Below, one piece after another: positions 1 through 11,213 of a DNA stretch of 64,000 nt (the first letter of the stretch is position 1; each line of letters starts with the position of its first letter). The translations under genes and the position numbers were made by a program. This DNA is from Emiliania huxleyi CCMP1516. Lineage: Eukaryota. Location: contig NW_005201183.1 of NCBI RefSeq assembly GCF_000372725.1, positions 67,972-131,971 of the forward strand. Direction: 5' to 3'. The notes below the pieces were generated by a model. That model was not told the origin of the DNA and did not search any database. It saw only the letters and a list, made by a program, of their open reading frames with translations.

Positions 1-1373
1 CCTTCTCCTTGGCCCACCGCAGCGCGGTTGTACCCTTCTCAGAGCGCAGCGTCATGTCTGCGCCCGCCCGCAGCAGGCGGAGCACCACGGCGGGATGGCC
101 GTTGGCAGCGGCGAACATCAGCGCGGTGCCGCCCTCGATGTTCTGCAGGTTGATCGCCGCACCGCCGGATCAGAGTGTCGACAATCCGCTCGTAGCCATA
201 TTGGGCGGCCTCCGTCAGCGCAGTGTTGCCACTTTCGTTTCCCTGATCGACCTCCGCGCCGTGCCGCAATGCCAGCTCGACCAGCTTCTCGTAGCCGTTC
301 ACAGCGGCGAGACCCAGCGCATAGCTGCGGCCGGCGCTGGTCAGCAATGAGACATCCGCGCCGCGCCGCAGAAGCGCCTCGGCCAGCCCTGCGTGGCCAT
401 CGACCATTGCGAGCATCAGCAGCGTCATGCCGCTCGCACGAGAGCCGTCAACAAAGGTGCACTCGAACGTCGCGTCCACCCGCCCGCCGCCGTCGAGCCA
501 CGCCAGCACCGCCGCCTCTTCGCCTCGCTCAGCCGCGTCCACGACCTCCTTTGGCACTGCCTCGCTGCCCGGCTCGGCCTTTGCGCCCTCGCCGCCCGAA
601 GCAGAGGCCGCGGCACTGGCGCCCGCCGCCGCCTCGCGTGTGGGTGCGCCGCCCGCCCCTGCGCCACCCGCCTCGGCCGATGGCGCCTTGCTGCGCGCCG
701 CCGCCACCTCGCCGAGATACGTCCTGAAAGCCTCGACGCACTCGGCGTGGCCCTTCTCCTTGGCAATCTGCAGCGCTGTCTCACCGTCCATGTCGCGCAG
801 CTTCATGTCTGCGCCCGCCCGCAGCAAGCGGAGCACCATGGCGGGATGGCCGTAGAGGGCGGCCAGCATCAGCGCGGTGCCGCCGTTGTTGGCCTGCATG
901 TTGATCTCTGCGCCGTGCCGCAGCAGCATCTCGGCCACCTGCTCGTGGCCGTTGGCGGCGGCCATCATCAGCGCGGTGATGCCTGCGCTGTCCTGCAGGT
1001 GGATCCCTGCGCCGTGCCGCAGCAGCATCTCGGCCACCTGCTCGTGCCCGTGGGCGGCGGCGGCCATCAGCGCCGTATCGCCTTCGCTGTCTCGCGCGTC
1101 CGCCTCCGCGCCGCGCTTCAGCAGTAGTTCGATAATCTCTCTGTGACCGTGTTCGGCGGCGATTAGCAGGAGCGTACAGCCACTCACACCGCGATGCACG
1201 CACGTCGCGTCAGCCCGCCCAGCCCCGCTGAGCCACAGCTGCACCTCGTCGACCTTGCCCTTCTCCGCCGCCGCCTCGATCCTTTTCGGCAGCGTGAGCG
1301 CCGCAGCAGTAGCCGCCGTTGAAGCGTGCCCGCGCCGGGACGCGGCCGAGCCAGCCTTCGTCGGGCCGGGCAT
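1..1373 (-). CDS. Ankyrin-repeat protein; frameshift near 165; runs off the window edge
   Basis: Repeated G.TAL..AA..GH..V...LL..GA motifs. Relative to the paralog at 54023 (ATC CGG CAC GGT), 2 nt are missing near 165, and ankyrin repeats continue in another frame to base 1. Start taken at the ATG of MPGPTK. Confidence 0.85.
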
Positions 1374-1527
1374 ACAGAGGGGCGGGGTGTGCAGGGCGCA
1401 CTTCTGTCCTCCCGCGCTGGCTTCGAAAAAGGGCACTTTTTCGGTGCTGGTAGCCCCCCCAAAACAGGCGCGCGCAGCGCGCCCAGGGGCGCCGCAGGCG
1501 CCCCAAGCGGCGCGGAGCGCCGCCGCA

Positions 1528-2135
1528 GGCGGCGGACAGCAGGTGCGCGAAATTAAACGCCATTTTTGGTTCCGCGGTTTTGCCACTAACATTGAAATCC
1601 GGTACAAAACGACTTAGCCGAAACAGCTGACAGACAGACAGAGAGCACACACGTTCGAGACGGGGGTGCGCCGACCGCCGTCGCGGACCCAGTAGAGCTA
1701 GATGGTCCCACATGATGCGCCCTTAGCCTCTGAGCTCGTCCTAGACATTTTAGGGAAGCGTGGGCAGACCAGAACGCGGCCACGGCGACGCTCCGAGGCT
1801 GTCAGCAGCGCTGGCGGCGATCGTGGCGACGGCGCCTCGCCGCTGCAGCGGCACAGAATCGAGGAAGTGGCGTTGGTGGCAGCATCAATGAGATATGAAG
1901 GCGGCCGTAATGCTGGTGGCGCCTTCGAGGGCGGCGGAGAGGGCGGTAGCAGCGACGGCGGTCGAGTCATGTGGCAGGGGTGCGAAGTGCAGCAGGGAGG
2001 CTTGAGTTAGCGACGCGGGGCGGTGGCGTGCCAGCAGGTAAGCGGCGGCGGCGGAGAGCAGGTGCGCGAAATAAACGCCAATCTTGAGATATCCATTTTG
2101 CACCACCTTTGGATTTCTGGTACAAATTGACTTGT
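1528..2135 (+). repeat. Two diverged ~90-nt direct repeats (about 1528-1615 and 2047-2135)
   Basis: ggcggcggaSagcaggtgcgcgaaat(t)aaacgcca ... ggtacaaa..gactt occurs twice. Confidence 0.6.
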
Positions 2136-2705
2136 GGATCTTGAAGGCACGCGCAAGAGCGCACCAGGCAAGTTGACTGAACCTCGGATCTCGCTGCCGC
2201 TAAGCGTGGCGTCGATTATCAAACGAGCGGTGACAGTAGCGGTGGCAGCGGCGGCAGCGTCGACAGGAGCACCTACTGCAGCGTGAAATGTGAGCTGGGG
2301 GGCGGGAGGCAGATGCAATAGGAGCGGGAGAGTGAGATCGTCAGCCAGCACGGCAGACCTTTACGGCGCGGCTGCGGGCGCGTTTGCAGTGACATACGAT
2401 CCATGTGGTAGCAAAGGCACGGCGGGAGTAGCGTATGCAGGCTGTGAGCGAGGGTGGCGCGTCGCGAGTGGCGGTGCAGCTAGTCGGTGGCGCGGGTGCT
2501 GGCGACCGGCAGAGAGATGCAGCCGGCGCGAGAGATGAACCCTGCGGAGAGGCGAGGTGACGGGCGAGCCGCGACGGTGGGAGAGGGCTGAGCATCGGCT
2601 TCACCGGAGGCACAGGAGCCTCGCACGCCCGACCGTGACGAGAGCGCCCTAACGCTGCTTGTTGAAGCAGCGTTAAATCTTTTTTCGTGCTCGAGCTCGT
2701 GGACT

Positions 2706-5700
2706 ATGGTGTCAGCGTCAGAGAGGGCGCGCCGGCTGCGCCCCCCCGGGGCGCCCCCGGCCGCCGCCCGCGCTCTGCAGGTGTCGTCGGGACCCTCGCC
2801 GAGACGTGAGCGAGGCGAAGAACGCGCACGTGACCTTTCCGCGGTGCCGAAGCGGCGGCGCGCAGAGAAGAAGAAGAAGCTCCCCAGCGGGCTCGCGGAG
2901 GCAGAGGCGCAAGGTGGCGGAATCAACGCTACGCCCCAGCCTTCTACACCGATCCAGCTCCTCGACGAGGGCGAGTCAACCGAGCTCGCGCTGGCGCAGC
3001 TTTCGGCAACCCGCTCCGCTCTGCCCCGCCTCCCGCCGCACCCCTCGACCGACGCGGCCGGGCGCCCCCTCGCGGCGACGGCGCCGCGCGACCATCGGCG
3101 CCAAGAGCCCCTGCAGCCGTCGGGCGGCTACCATGCCGCGCGCCCCAGCGCCCCCCCGCCAGCGCCGACGGCGCTTCAGAGCCTCGGGTCAACGGACGTC
3201 GGCTCCCCCCCCTCCATCTTCGACGTCGCTCCCGGCGTCCGAGCGGCAAACGTGCCGCCGCCGCTGGTGGCGCCCCTCGCACCGGGCTACGCCCTCCTCC
3301 CCTCCGCCCCGGCAGGCCCCCAGCCGGCGGGCGGAGAAGGCGGCGCGGGGGGCGAGGTGCCCGGAGGGCCTCTGCCGCGGGGTGCCCCCCCCTCGCTTGC
3401 GCCCCTGCGTCGCCACCGCCAAGCGTCAGAACAGGGACAAGGGCGCGGGTCTGCGCGGCCGACAGTCGCCCAGGAGCCTCTCGGGCTGATGCCGCCGCCG
3501 CCGCCGCCCCCCTTGGGCCACCAGGGAGCATGGCACCACCCCCCCCAAGGCATAGCCGCGTGCGGCGCCCCCCCGAGCTATTACTGCTCGGCCGAGGACC
3601 CGCGCCTGCCTCACGCCTCCTCCGCCGCAAGCGAGCGCGCCGTCACCGCCGAGACGGCTCGCCAGCCGCCGTCCGGGCTCGCGCCTTCCACCGCCCCCGC
3701 CACCTCCCTGCCGCTGGCAGGGGTCCCGCCCGCTCCAGGGGTGGAGGGGTCGACGGGCGGGCCCATTCCGACTGGGCTCTCGGGCGACGCGATGCAGGCG
3801 CGCCTCCCCCCCCCCCACAGTTCGTCCTCCCCCCTCCCCCCTCCCCTCCGCGAGCCTCGCCACGCCCCCATCTCCACCCTTATTCCTCACATCGCCGTCT
3901 GTGTTATGTGGCACTCGCGAACACCCCCCCACCCTCCCTCGCACCCGCTCCTGCCCCCTTCCCCCCACCCTTCTGAAGGCCCCATGTCCCCAGCCCACCT
4001 AGTTATTAGACCCAAGCCCGCCTTTGCGGTGCACCATTTCCCGAAAGGGGCCCCAAAAGTCTCATCTTTTGAGACCACTTCCATTCACACAGAGCAAGTC
4101 ACCCTACCCCCAGGGTATCAGAACCCAGCCACACCCAACCCCCCCCCCTTCCTCCTTCTCGACCCCTCTCAGGGGCTACGCTTCAGGAGCGAGGACCACC
4201 CCATCAACCCCACCTTCGTAGTCGCCGCCGTCTGGCGCTACATACCGGATGCCTCGTCCATCAAGAGCCTCGCCTTCGAGCGAATCGTCCATCAGCCATC
4301 CAGGGAGGGCCTTGGCCTCGACCTCTACGTCCCAGTGGACGGGGCCGTCGGGCACTTCGCGGACGTCGCCCGGCGCCTCTCCACCCTCTCCCACCCAGTT
4401 GAGGGCCAGGAGGGGCGCACCTTCCGAGTCTCGGTGAGCCTCATCAACCCGCGGCAGAACCGCCCGCAGCAGGGCCCTGCCCGCACCCGCTCTCTCGCGA
4501 TCGCGTTCCCTCCAGCCACCGCCTCTACGGTTGGCCTCAAGGGGGCCATATCCCAAGCCTTCCAAGCCAACGGCTTCGAGGACGCCCAGTTCCGGCCCGC
4601 CAAAAGCCCCTCCAACGAGCTCAAGCTCGCTGTGACTTGCGGGACCATCGCCTTCACCAACTACACCGGCTCTCGCGCGGCGAACTTCCACGCGATGACC
4701 CGCGAGGGAGGGATCCTCCTCCGCTTCGCTGGAGGGGGAATCGGCTCTGCCTCCATCCGCACCGCTGAGTACGGCATGGACGCCCTCACTCGGGACGAGC
4801 TAGGCCTCCGGCCCGGGTGCCTGCACCGCACCACCGAGTGCCCCGGCTGCCTCATCAACAGGCCCCGCCAGCAGCGGAGCGTCCAGCAGAGCCAAACCAG
4901 CGCCTGGGCGCTAATGAATCAGCGCCTGGACGCCAACCCTGCCCTCGGCGGACCAGGCCACCCTTCCACCCTTCCGCCCTTAGGGGAGATAGCTCAATCA
5001 CACATCTCCTCCCTCTTACAGGCGCCTAGCGATCCGCGACCTCATACCGGCCTCGGCATCCTGACCGGCTCCTTCCCCCTCCTCCCCCGGGACGCCTTTA
5101 TCCTCAGACCCAGCCACCGCGCCCCCCCCCCCAAGCGAGTGGCCCTCGGAGAGCGAGGCCCTTCTTCCCCAGGCCCTGGCCTCCCGGGGAGGCGGAGGGG
5201 GAACCCCACATGCCCCAGTGACCGCCGTCGCGGCCGGCGACGGCGAAGGCAGGGCAGTAGCCCGAACGGATGCACGATCTCCTCATGTGTTCTGTCATGC
5301 TGGAAGCCACGGTCTCTGTCCTACCCCTCTCCCCCAGTCCTAGTGACTGGCGAGTCCATGTACCTCGAGGTGGGAGGCGAGACGGGGTGCCCCCCCCCGT
5401 CTCCCGTGTATCCCCCTCTTCCGATTAAACAACCCACGGCGTTCTATCTCCCATCGCCTCGCGCATGCCTGCCCCCCAAAAGTATCCACTACAGCGAGTG
5501 CTTCGACTCCACTCTGGGGTTTCCAGGGGAGGGTCCCACTCTTGTCTTCCTTTCCAACAACATCCGAGGAGGACTCACGGGCAACGCCTGGTGGGACGCC
5601 ATCTCCGCCGCACGAGGCGAGAAGGCTGACATCATCGGGTTCCAAGAAATCAACATCCAAAAGGACGACCCCCGCCTTGGCTCCCTCGCCACGTCAGCCC

Positions 5701-6497
5701 TCAACCTGGGATACACCGCATACTTCGCTCCTATACCCAAGGGCGGGACGAGGGGCGGCACTGCCATCCTCGTCAAGACCAGCCTTCAAATCTCCAAAAC
5801 GACTTTCAATCATATGTCGAAAGGCGGAATATCGTGGGTAAACCTCGCCTTCAGCGACGGCCTCAAACTAAAAGTAGCCAATGTCTACGCTCCACACACA
5901 AACAGGAAGGCATTCTTCACCCAGCTCAAAAGGTACGTCACCAAAAATACCGTTCTCATGGGCGATTTTAATTGCGTCCCCAACAAAGATCTTGACCTCC
6001 GCCGCACCTCGCGCGCCAACTACCCCAATGACGGGGCCGACACCCTCGAGGAAATTACCTCGCGCTGCGGATTAATCGACGAGATCCGAATCCAGCTGGG
6101 CGCAGGTTTTGCGTACACCCACATCCAAAAAGTAATCCACCACCCTCCAGCCCACGCAACCCACCGCCCAGTGCGCGAAGGAGGCGCAGGCGTCCTGCAC
6201 TTTCGCGCCCACCTCGAGGCCTTCCGAGCCAAGTGGATTCTCATGTACCTAGAGCCGAGAAAGGCGATGTGGAAGCTCATCTTCGACGAATGGCTCCAGC
6301 TCCCCAGCCGAGGGACGCTCCTCTCCCCTCTCACTAAGAAAGAAAAGAGAGCAATACTATCGAGACTTCCCCAGTCAGCCTCTGCCTTCCGCGACGCCCT
6401 CAAGGCCTTTTGGAGGCTTCGCATCAGCCAACACGAAAAGGTCCTCGGCCATAAGGATCCCGACTCCCTTCGGGCACTTCCCCTTTTTCGTAACTAG
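2706..6497 (+). CDS. LINE polyprotein: Pro-rich/ORF1-like region, APE endonuclease (from about 5538), joined directly to the post-RT region
   Basis: SNNIRG, GFQE, GGTAILV, NVYAP, MGDFNC motifs followed by PVREGGAG...FRAKW. No RID/SDH motifs and no RT motifs. Confidence 0.8.
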   Translation: MVSASERARRLRPPGAPPAAARALQVSSGPSPRRERGEERARDLSAVPKRRRAEKKKKLPSGLAEAEAQGGGINATPQPSTPIQLLDEGESTELALAQLSATRSALPRLPPHPSTDAAGRPLAATAPRDHRRQEPLQPSGGYHAARPSAPPPAPTALQSLGSTDVGSPPSIFDVAPGVRAANVPPPLVAPLAPGYALLPSAPAGPQPAGGEGGAGGEVPGGPLPRGAPPSLAPLRRHRQASEQGQGRGSARPTVAQEPLGLMPPPPPPPLGHQGAWHHPPQGIAACGAPPSYYCSAEDPRLPHASSAASERAVTAETARQPPSGLAPSTAPATSLPLAGVPPAPGVEGSTGGPIPTGLSGDAMQARLPPPHSSSSPLPPPLREPRHAPISTLIPHIAVCVMWHSRTPPHPPSHPLLPPSPHPSEGPMSPAHLVIRPKPAFAVHHFPKGAPKVSSFETTSIHTEQVTLPPGYQNPATPNPPPFLLLDPSQGLRFRSEDHPINPTFVVAAVWRYIPDASSIKSLAFERIVHQPSREGLGLDLYVPVDGAVGHFADVARRLSTLSHPVEGQEGRTFRVSVSLINPRQNRPQQGPARTRSLAIAFPPATASTVGLKGAISQAFQANGFEDAQFRPAKSPSNELKLAVTCGTIAFTNYTGSRAANFHAMTREGGILLRFAGGGIGSASIRTAEYGMDALTRDELGLRPGCLHRTTECPGCLINRPRQQRSVQQSQTSAWALMNQRLDANPALGGPGHPSTLPPLGEIAQSHISSLLQAPSDPRPHTGLGILTGSFPLLPRDAFILRPSHRAPPPKRVALGERGPSSPGPGLPGRRRGNPTCPSDRRRGRRRRRQGSSPNGCTISSCVLSCWKPRSLSYPSPPVLVTGESMYLEVGGETGCPPPSPVYPPLPIKQPTAFYLPSPRACLPPKSIHYSECFDSTLGFPGEGPTLVFLSNNIRGGLTGNAWWDAISAARGEKADIIGFQEINIQKDDPRLGSLATSALNLGYTAYFAPIPKGGTRGGTAILVKTSLQISKTTFNHMSKGGISWVNLAFSDGLKLKVANVYAPHTNRKAFFTQLKRYVTKNTVLMGDFNCVPNKDLDLRRTSRANYPNDGADTLEEITSRCGLIDEIRIQLGAGFAYTHIQKVIHHPPAHATHRPVREGGAGVLHFRAHLEAFRAKWILMYLEPRKAMWKLIFDEWLQLPSRGTLLSPLTKKEKRAILSRLPQSASAFRDALKAFWRLRISQHEKVLGHKDPDSLRALPLFRN

Positions 6498-6878
6498 CTG
6501 AGGGGCTCGCTAAACGCTCGCCGAGCTCCATGCTGTGCAACACCACCTCCTCACTAATCGTCAGGGGCGCGGAGAGCGCAGTGCACTGCGGTGAGGCTGC
6601 GCCGCGGGGGCTCGCCCCCTGCACCGCGCTCAGAGCGGCGTAGGGGAGAGGGCGGTCGGTGGCGGCGGCGGCGAGGCGCGAGGCGGTGGCGGCGGTGGTG
6701 CGGGCGGCGGGATGACAGGGGAGGCGGCGGGATTGACAGGGGAGGCGGCGGCCACGAGCGGAGCGGCGCGAGAAGGGGGGGGGGGCGGCGGCGAGGCGCC
6801 GGTGAGCGAGGCGCCCGCGCCATCAGAGGGACGCGCCGCTGCGAGATGGAGGGCGGCGGTGACGGAGGCGAGGCGCGA

Positions 6879-6929
<51 letters not shown>

Positions 6930-7303
6930 AACGGCGGCACCGAGTCTCGGTGAGCGGCGGCGGGAGGAGGAGCAGCGGCGGCGCTCGCTCGCTGTTGACG
7001 GGAGCGCTTTTGAGCCTGGGAGCCCATGCCACTGCGACCGGCGTGCCCGGGAACGGAGATCGCGCGCGCGCCGCCACTCACGACGCGCGCGCGATCTTCG
7101 CGGAGTCGGGTCCCCAGAGGGAAGCGGTCTTCTCGGCCGACGTCCAGCGGCGCGCAAGGAAGCAGGCGCAGCGGAGGCGGCCTAGCACCGGCTCGGCGCC
7201 GGGCGGTTGCGCTGCCCGCGAGCCGCGTCCTGAGCCTCGGCAGCGCGCTGCGCGGCGCGGCGCTCGCGCTGCTGCGGTGCCGAGAGCGGCATGATGGATC
7301 GCC
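6498..7303. other. About 0.8-kb GC-rich insertion interrupting the LINE ORF
   Basis: Abrupt change to GGC-rich low-complexity DNA between PLFRN* and the resumed LINE frame; possible 6-nt duplication agctga at 6496-6501 and 7304-7309. Confidence 0.6.
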
Positions 7304-8759
7304 AGCTGAAGCTCGAGACTCCTCGGGTCCGCGAGTTCTGGGGGTCACGGGGATAAACGGCGGACGACGCGAGGCCCTTATATCTTTAGATGCTTTCTTC
7401 AAAGTCTTGACCAAAGGCGTCGCCTCCGCAGAGGAGGAATGGCACCCCCTTGGATTCTCCACGCTGGGGAGCCTCTTCAACCAGCTCGACGGTACTCCTC
7501 TCAGCTCCGAGCAGCTCAAAGCCGAACTTGTGGCGCGCGCCCCCGCCCTGAACGCCAAAGAACGGAGGTCGAGAGCCAAACGGCTCCTCAAGTACCAAGC
7601 CAAGATCCCCCTGAACATCAAAGCCTTTTTAGCCAGACCGCGCCCCCCCTTCTCCGCGGACGACCATGTCCTCTTTGAAGACGACCAAGGATACCTGGTC
7701 AACGGCCGGTTCACCAGCCCACACACCCTCTACGAGGAGCGCGTCGACGCCAGCGGGTGGCCGTGGACATACTCAACTCCTCACGACCTCTCTGCATGGA
7801 GCCAATCCGACATCGACCAGATTGAGCGCTGCGCCGTATGGGGTCACCCCAGCGCCTATTACCGTCCCGTGATGGGACGGCTAGCTGACACCTTCCCACT
7901 TGACTGGGGTTGGAGATGGGGTGACTCTGATGAGTGCCACCACCTCTCCGAACTCACTATCAAACGCCTCACCAAAGAATTCACGCACCTTCTCACCAAA
8001 GGCACCAAGAGGGCCTCCGCCCCTCCAAACGCCGAGACCGTCTGGGAACAACGCCTCGCAGGAAAACTCGCCTTTCCCATTCCGTGGAAGGAAATATGGA
8101 AGTCTAAGGGAACTTTCCTCACCACGCCAAAAGACGAGAATACTTGGTGGAAGCTGCTCCACCGAGCTCTACAGACCCGATCGAGGGATAGCACACTCAC
8201 CATCCAGTCGTGCCGCCTGTGCGGAAGCGATAAGGAAACCATGCTACATCTCCTCACTTGCCTGAGGGTCCGAAAAGTACAGGACGCCCTCGCGCCGTTA
8301 CTCCAAGCTGTTGGAGTAAGCGTCACCGACACATACGCCACATGGCTCTTTGGGCTCTGCCCGAGGGGGAAGCTCCTGCGCGAAGCCCCCAGGGCACTGA
8401 TTCGCATCTTTTGGCGAGTAGTCTACCGCCACATGGTCCGTAAAGAGATTGACCGAGTTCAGTTCGTGACGGAACTCGTCGTCAAAGACATTGCTCATAC
8501 CTTCATGACTCGCATTCTCCACACTCAAATGGAGCGCCAAAGGTTCAATCTCAAAAGGGTGGAAGCCCAAAACAAAGACAGGCCCAATGACTACATCACC
8601 CACTTACCAAGATCACTTGCTGAGCGATACTCTGACATCGGAGTCCTCGACTTGCCCACTGGGTACCTCGAGATCCATGACGGAGTGATTGACTTCCTCA
8701 AGGCCCAAGGGGTATGGTCAGACTTCAACTCCCCCGGAAGGGCGGGAGGAACGCAGTAG
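7304..8759 (+). CDS. LINE ORF2 C-terminal part with zf-RVT-type region
   Basis: WKEIWKS...WWKLLHRALQT...CRLCGSDKETMLHLLTC. Confidence 0.85.
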
Positions 8760-9382
8760 ATCCCATTTGAAGTCGGGCGCAGAACCGACACTGAGGGCGG
8801 GCGCAGAACCGTCTCCTTCACCCCAAAAAAAAAAGAAATTGTCGAAAAGGCTCTCCGTCCACCACGCAGGGCGCAGCACCTGCAAAAGAAATCCCTGTAG
8901 GGAAGCAGGGATAGCCGTTGAGGAGAAAGGGCGTAATAGATCATTCCTGATAGCCCCGGTATCCGAAGCCTCTCGAGCTTGCTTGAGAGGTCGGCCTCCA
9001 CCTCGCAAAATAACCCCTCCGTCCACGTGGCAATCTCCCGCGTGCCGAACCGGCGCGAGAGGGAGTATCCGCGGGTCGGGCGGGGGGGCCCCTCCCTCCT
9101 GGATGATGATTCTAGCACTTCCCTCCATAAGATAAGGCCACCTCGAATGTGCATAGAGGTGGTCATTGAGAGGGGAGTCCTAGAGACTGAGGGAGTTGGA
9201 GGTTATTTTGTCTGTCTGTCTGTTGAAGCAGCGTTAGGGCGCTACCAGCACCGAATGGGTACCCTCCCCGGCACTTTGGCGAAAAATGAACTCGAGGCGG
9301 GGTGGACGCGAGACAGAAGACGACGACACGCTCGTCGAGCGACACACAGACACACAGTGTGTGAGTGAGTGACGCGTATTCT

Positions 9383-9469
9383 TGATACGAAACCACGACG
9401 ACACACACCAGTCGACTCGCATCGGTTGCCTCCATGAACGGCGGAGCTATTCTCGCGTCCACACCACAC
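9383..9469 (+). repeat. Dispersed repeat; inverted copy at 19584-19696
   Basis: About 45-nt block gttgcctccatgaacggcggagctattctcgcgtccacaccacac plus tgatacgaaaccacgac are present as reverse complement at the second site. Confidence 0.85.
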
Positions 9470-9579
9470 ACACACACACACACACAGACACACACAGCTC
9501 ACAAGAAACTCGGCGAGCGGAAAAGAAAAACGCGCTGACCAACTCGGCGAAGTAAAACTTGGTCAAATGGGGGAGCGCG

Positions 9580-9735
9580 TCCCATGTAACCAAAATATGG
9601 TGTGGCGGTCGACTGCAGCAGCTGGTATCCCATGTAACCAAAATATGGTGTCGCGGTCGACTGCAGCAGCTGCGATCCCTGCAGGACAACCAGAATATGG
9701 TGTCGACTGCAGCAGCTCCCCGTCCCTGCAGGACA
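9580..9735 (+). repeat. 48-nt minisatellite, about 3 degenerate units
   Basis: cccatgtaaccaaaatatggtgt.gcggtcgactgcagcagct repeated. Confidence 0.85.
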
Positions 9736-9890
9736 ACCCTACGTTGACGACTCGGTCAAGCATCTCGCGGGTGGGCTGGTCCGTGGGTCTCAGCAGCGCT
9801 CAGCGTTCCCGAGTGCGGTCGGCGGTGGGAACCGCTGTGTCTGGCCGCGATCAGCGCTCCGCCGTGCTGGCTCGTCGGCACGCGAGAGCG

Positions 9891-11213
9891 ATGGAGGCAC
9901 GGCTGAACCTTTTGGCGGAGCAGCTCGAGAGGGAGGAGGGCGAGGCGGGAGATGTGAACGTGTATGGGGTCGCGCTGCTGCAGTCCATCGTGCGGCCAAA
10001 GCTGAGGACGAGGGTCGCGTGGCTCGCCGGCGCTCTCCTGCTCGCGCTACTTGAGGTGCTCTCGCTGCAAGCAATCGCGTTCAGCACCGGCTACAAGATG
10101 TGCGTCTACGATGACGAGTGCCCGTTGGGCACCGCCTGCGTGCGCGACTCCTCCAGCAGTCACGCCTTCTTCTGCGCCGACTGCAGAGAAGTTCAACACG
10201 TGAGCACCACCGGCGAGCTGGGCCAGCCAGAGTGGGCTCGGCTCGTCGCGCGGCTGATCGGCACGGGTCGTAAGGGAGCGATGTCAACGTTCACCCCGGC
10301 ACGCACAAACGACCGCTGGCCAGTGGCGGCGAACTCGAGTGAGTACTGCTCGAACTTCCTCGCCTCGGAGTTCGTGTCGGCGTGGAGAGGGGGGCGGTAC
10401 TCCGACTTTGAAAAGTGCCTTCACGTGCAGGAGGCGCTGCGCCGCTACGGCATCCTCGACGCGCTGGTGACGATGGTCGCGCTCTTCCTCGTGTGCCTAT
10501 CCATCTCGGCGGACCGCAAGCAGCAGCTGATGAACCGCCACCTGCGCGAGACGCTGCTGCCGCCACCGTGGCGAAGCTGGCGCGCGTTCGTTTTGCGAGT
10601 GATAGAGGGCTGCCTCGACGCGCAACTCCCAGGGGTGTGCTTTGCGCTCATTCTGCTGATCACCGAGGCCGACAGCATGCAAGCGTCATCGACCCTGCTG
10701 AATGGCGTCGCCGTGGTATTCATCCTCGTCATCGACGATGAGCTGCCAAAGGTCGTGCTCTCAGCCGTCGACAAGGATGCCGTCGACCAGTTCGCCGCCG
10801 CAGCCGGCCATTTCGAGCTCCTCCTCATCATCAAACGGCAGAGCCTGGCGCATGGGAGCGTCAGCTTTGCCGCGCTACTCGGGATGTTTATGGTATGCCT
10901 GCACCTGCCCTGCGACGACTTGGTCATGGCCGCGTTTGGAATCTCGACGCTCCTGCCCTTTGCGACCCGGATCGCGGAGGAGATCTGCGGCGTCCAGCTT
11001 CGCGCCACCCGATCCGCGCTGGCAGTGTCGGAAGACGAGGGGCGCTTCTCGATGGCCCATCCTCTGCGCGGCAGCGGGATCGCTGGAGCCGTCTGCTGGG
11101 CTCTGCTGAAGGGGCTGTTCGATGGCCTGCTCGCGAGCCTGTGCGTGGTGGGGGCTGCTCGAATCGCCTCGGAGACGTACCTGGTGCTCTTGAACCCCAG
11201 TGATCGGATTTAG
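9891..11213 (+). CDS. Intronless multi-pass membrane protein with Cys-rich loop, function unknown
   Basis: About 440-aa frame from MEARLNLL with several hydrophobic helices, a CVYDDECPLGTAC loop and an LLNGVAVVFILVIDD segment. Confidence 0.75.
   Translation: MEARLNLLAEQLEREEGEAGDVNVYGVALLQSIVRPKLRTRVAWLAGALLLALLEVLSLQAIAFSTGYKMCVYDDECPLGTACVRDSSSSHAFFCADCREVQHVSTTGELGQPEWARLVARLIGTGRKGAMSTFTPARTNDRWPVAANSSEYCSNFLASEFVSAWRGGRYSDFEKCLHVQEALRRYGILDALVTMVALFLVCLSISADRKQQLMNRHLRETLLPPPWRSWRAFVLRVIEGCLDAQLPGVCFALILLITEADSMQASSTLLNGVAVVFILVIDDELPKVVLSAVDKDAVDQFAAAAGHFELLLIIKRQSLAHGSVSFAALLGMFMVCLHLPCDDLVMAAFGISTLLPFATRIAEEICGVQLRATRSALAVSEDEGRFSMAHPLRGSGIAGAVCWALLKGLFDGLLASLCVVGAARIASETYLVLLNPSDRI

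Larger units (their letters stand above)
2676..9220 (+). mobile_element. Non-LTR retrotransposon (L1/Tx1-like), internally deleted and interrupted
   Basis: TSD tgttgaagcagcgtta at 2660-2675 and 9221-9236; (TCTG)n 3' tail at 9209-9222; APE endonuclease motifs; C-terminal CRLC-x7-HLLTC zinc knuckle. Confidence 0.9.

Noticed and set aside
1629..1641. (CAGA)n as the tail of a second LINE
   Set aside because: No LINE coding remnant or TSD found.
8825..8838. Poly-A as the LINE 3' end
   Set aside because: No matching TSD there; the TSD and (TCTG)n tail place the end at about 9220.
9580..9735. Possible CRISPR array
   Set aside because: Tandem units without unique spacers; eukaryotic context; no cas genes.
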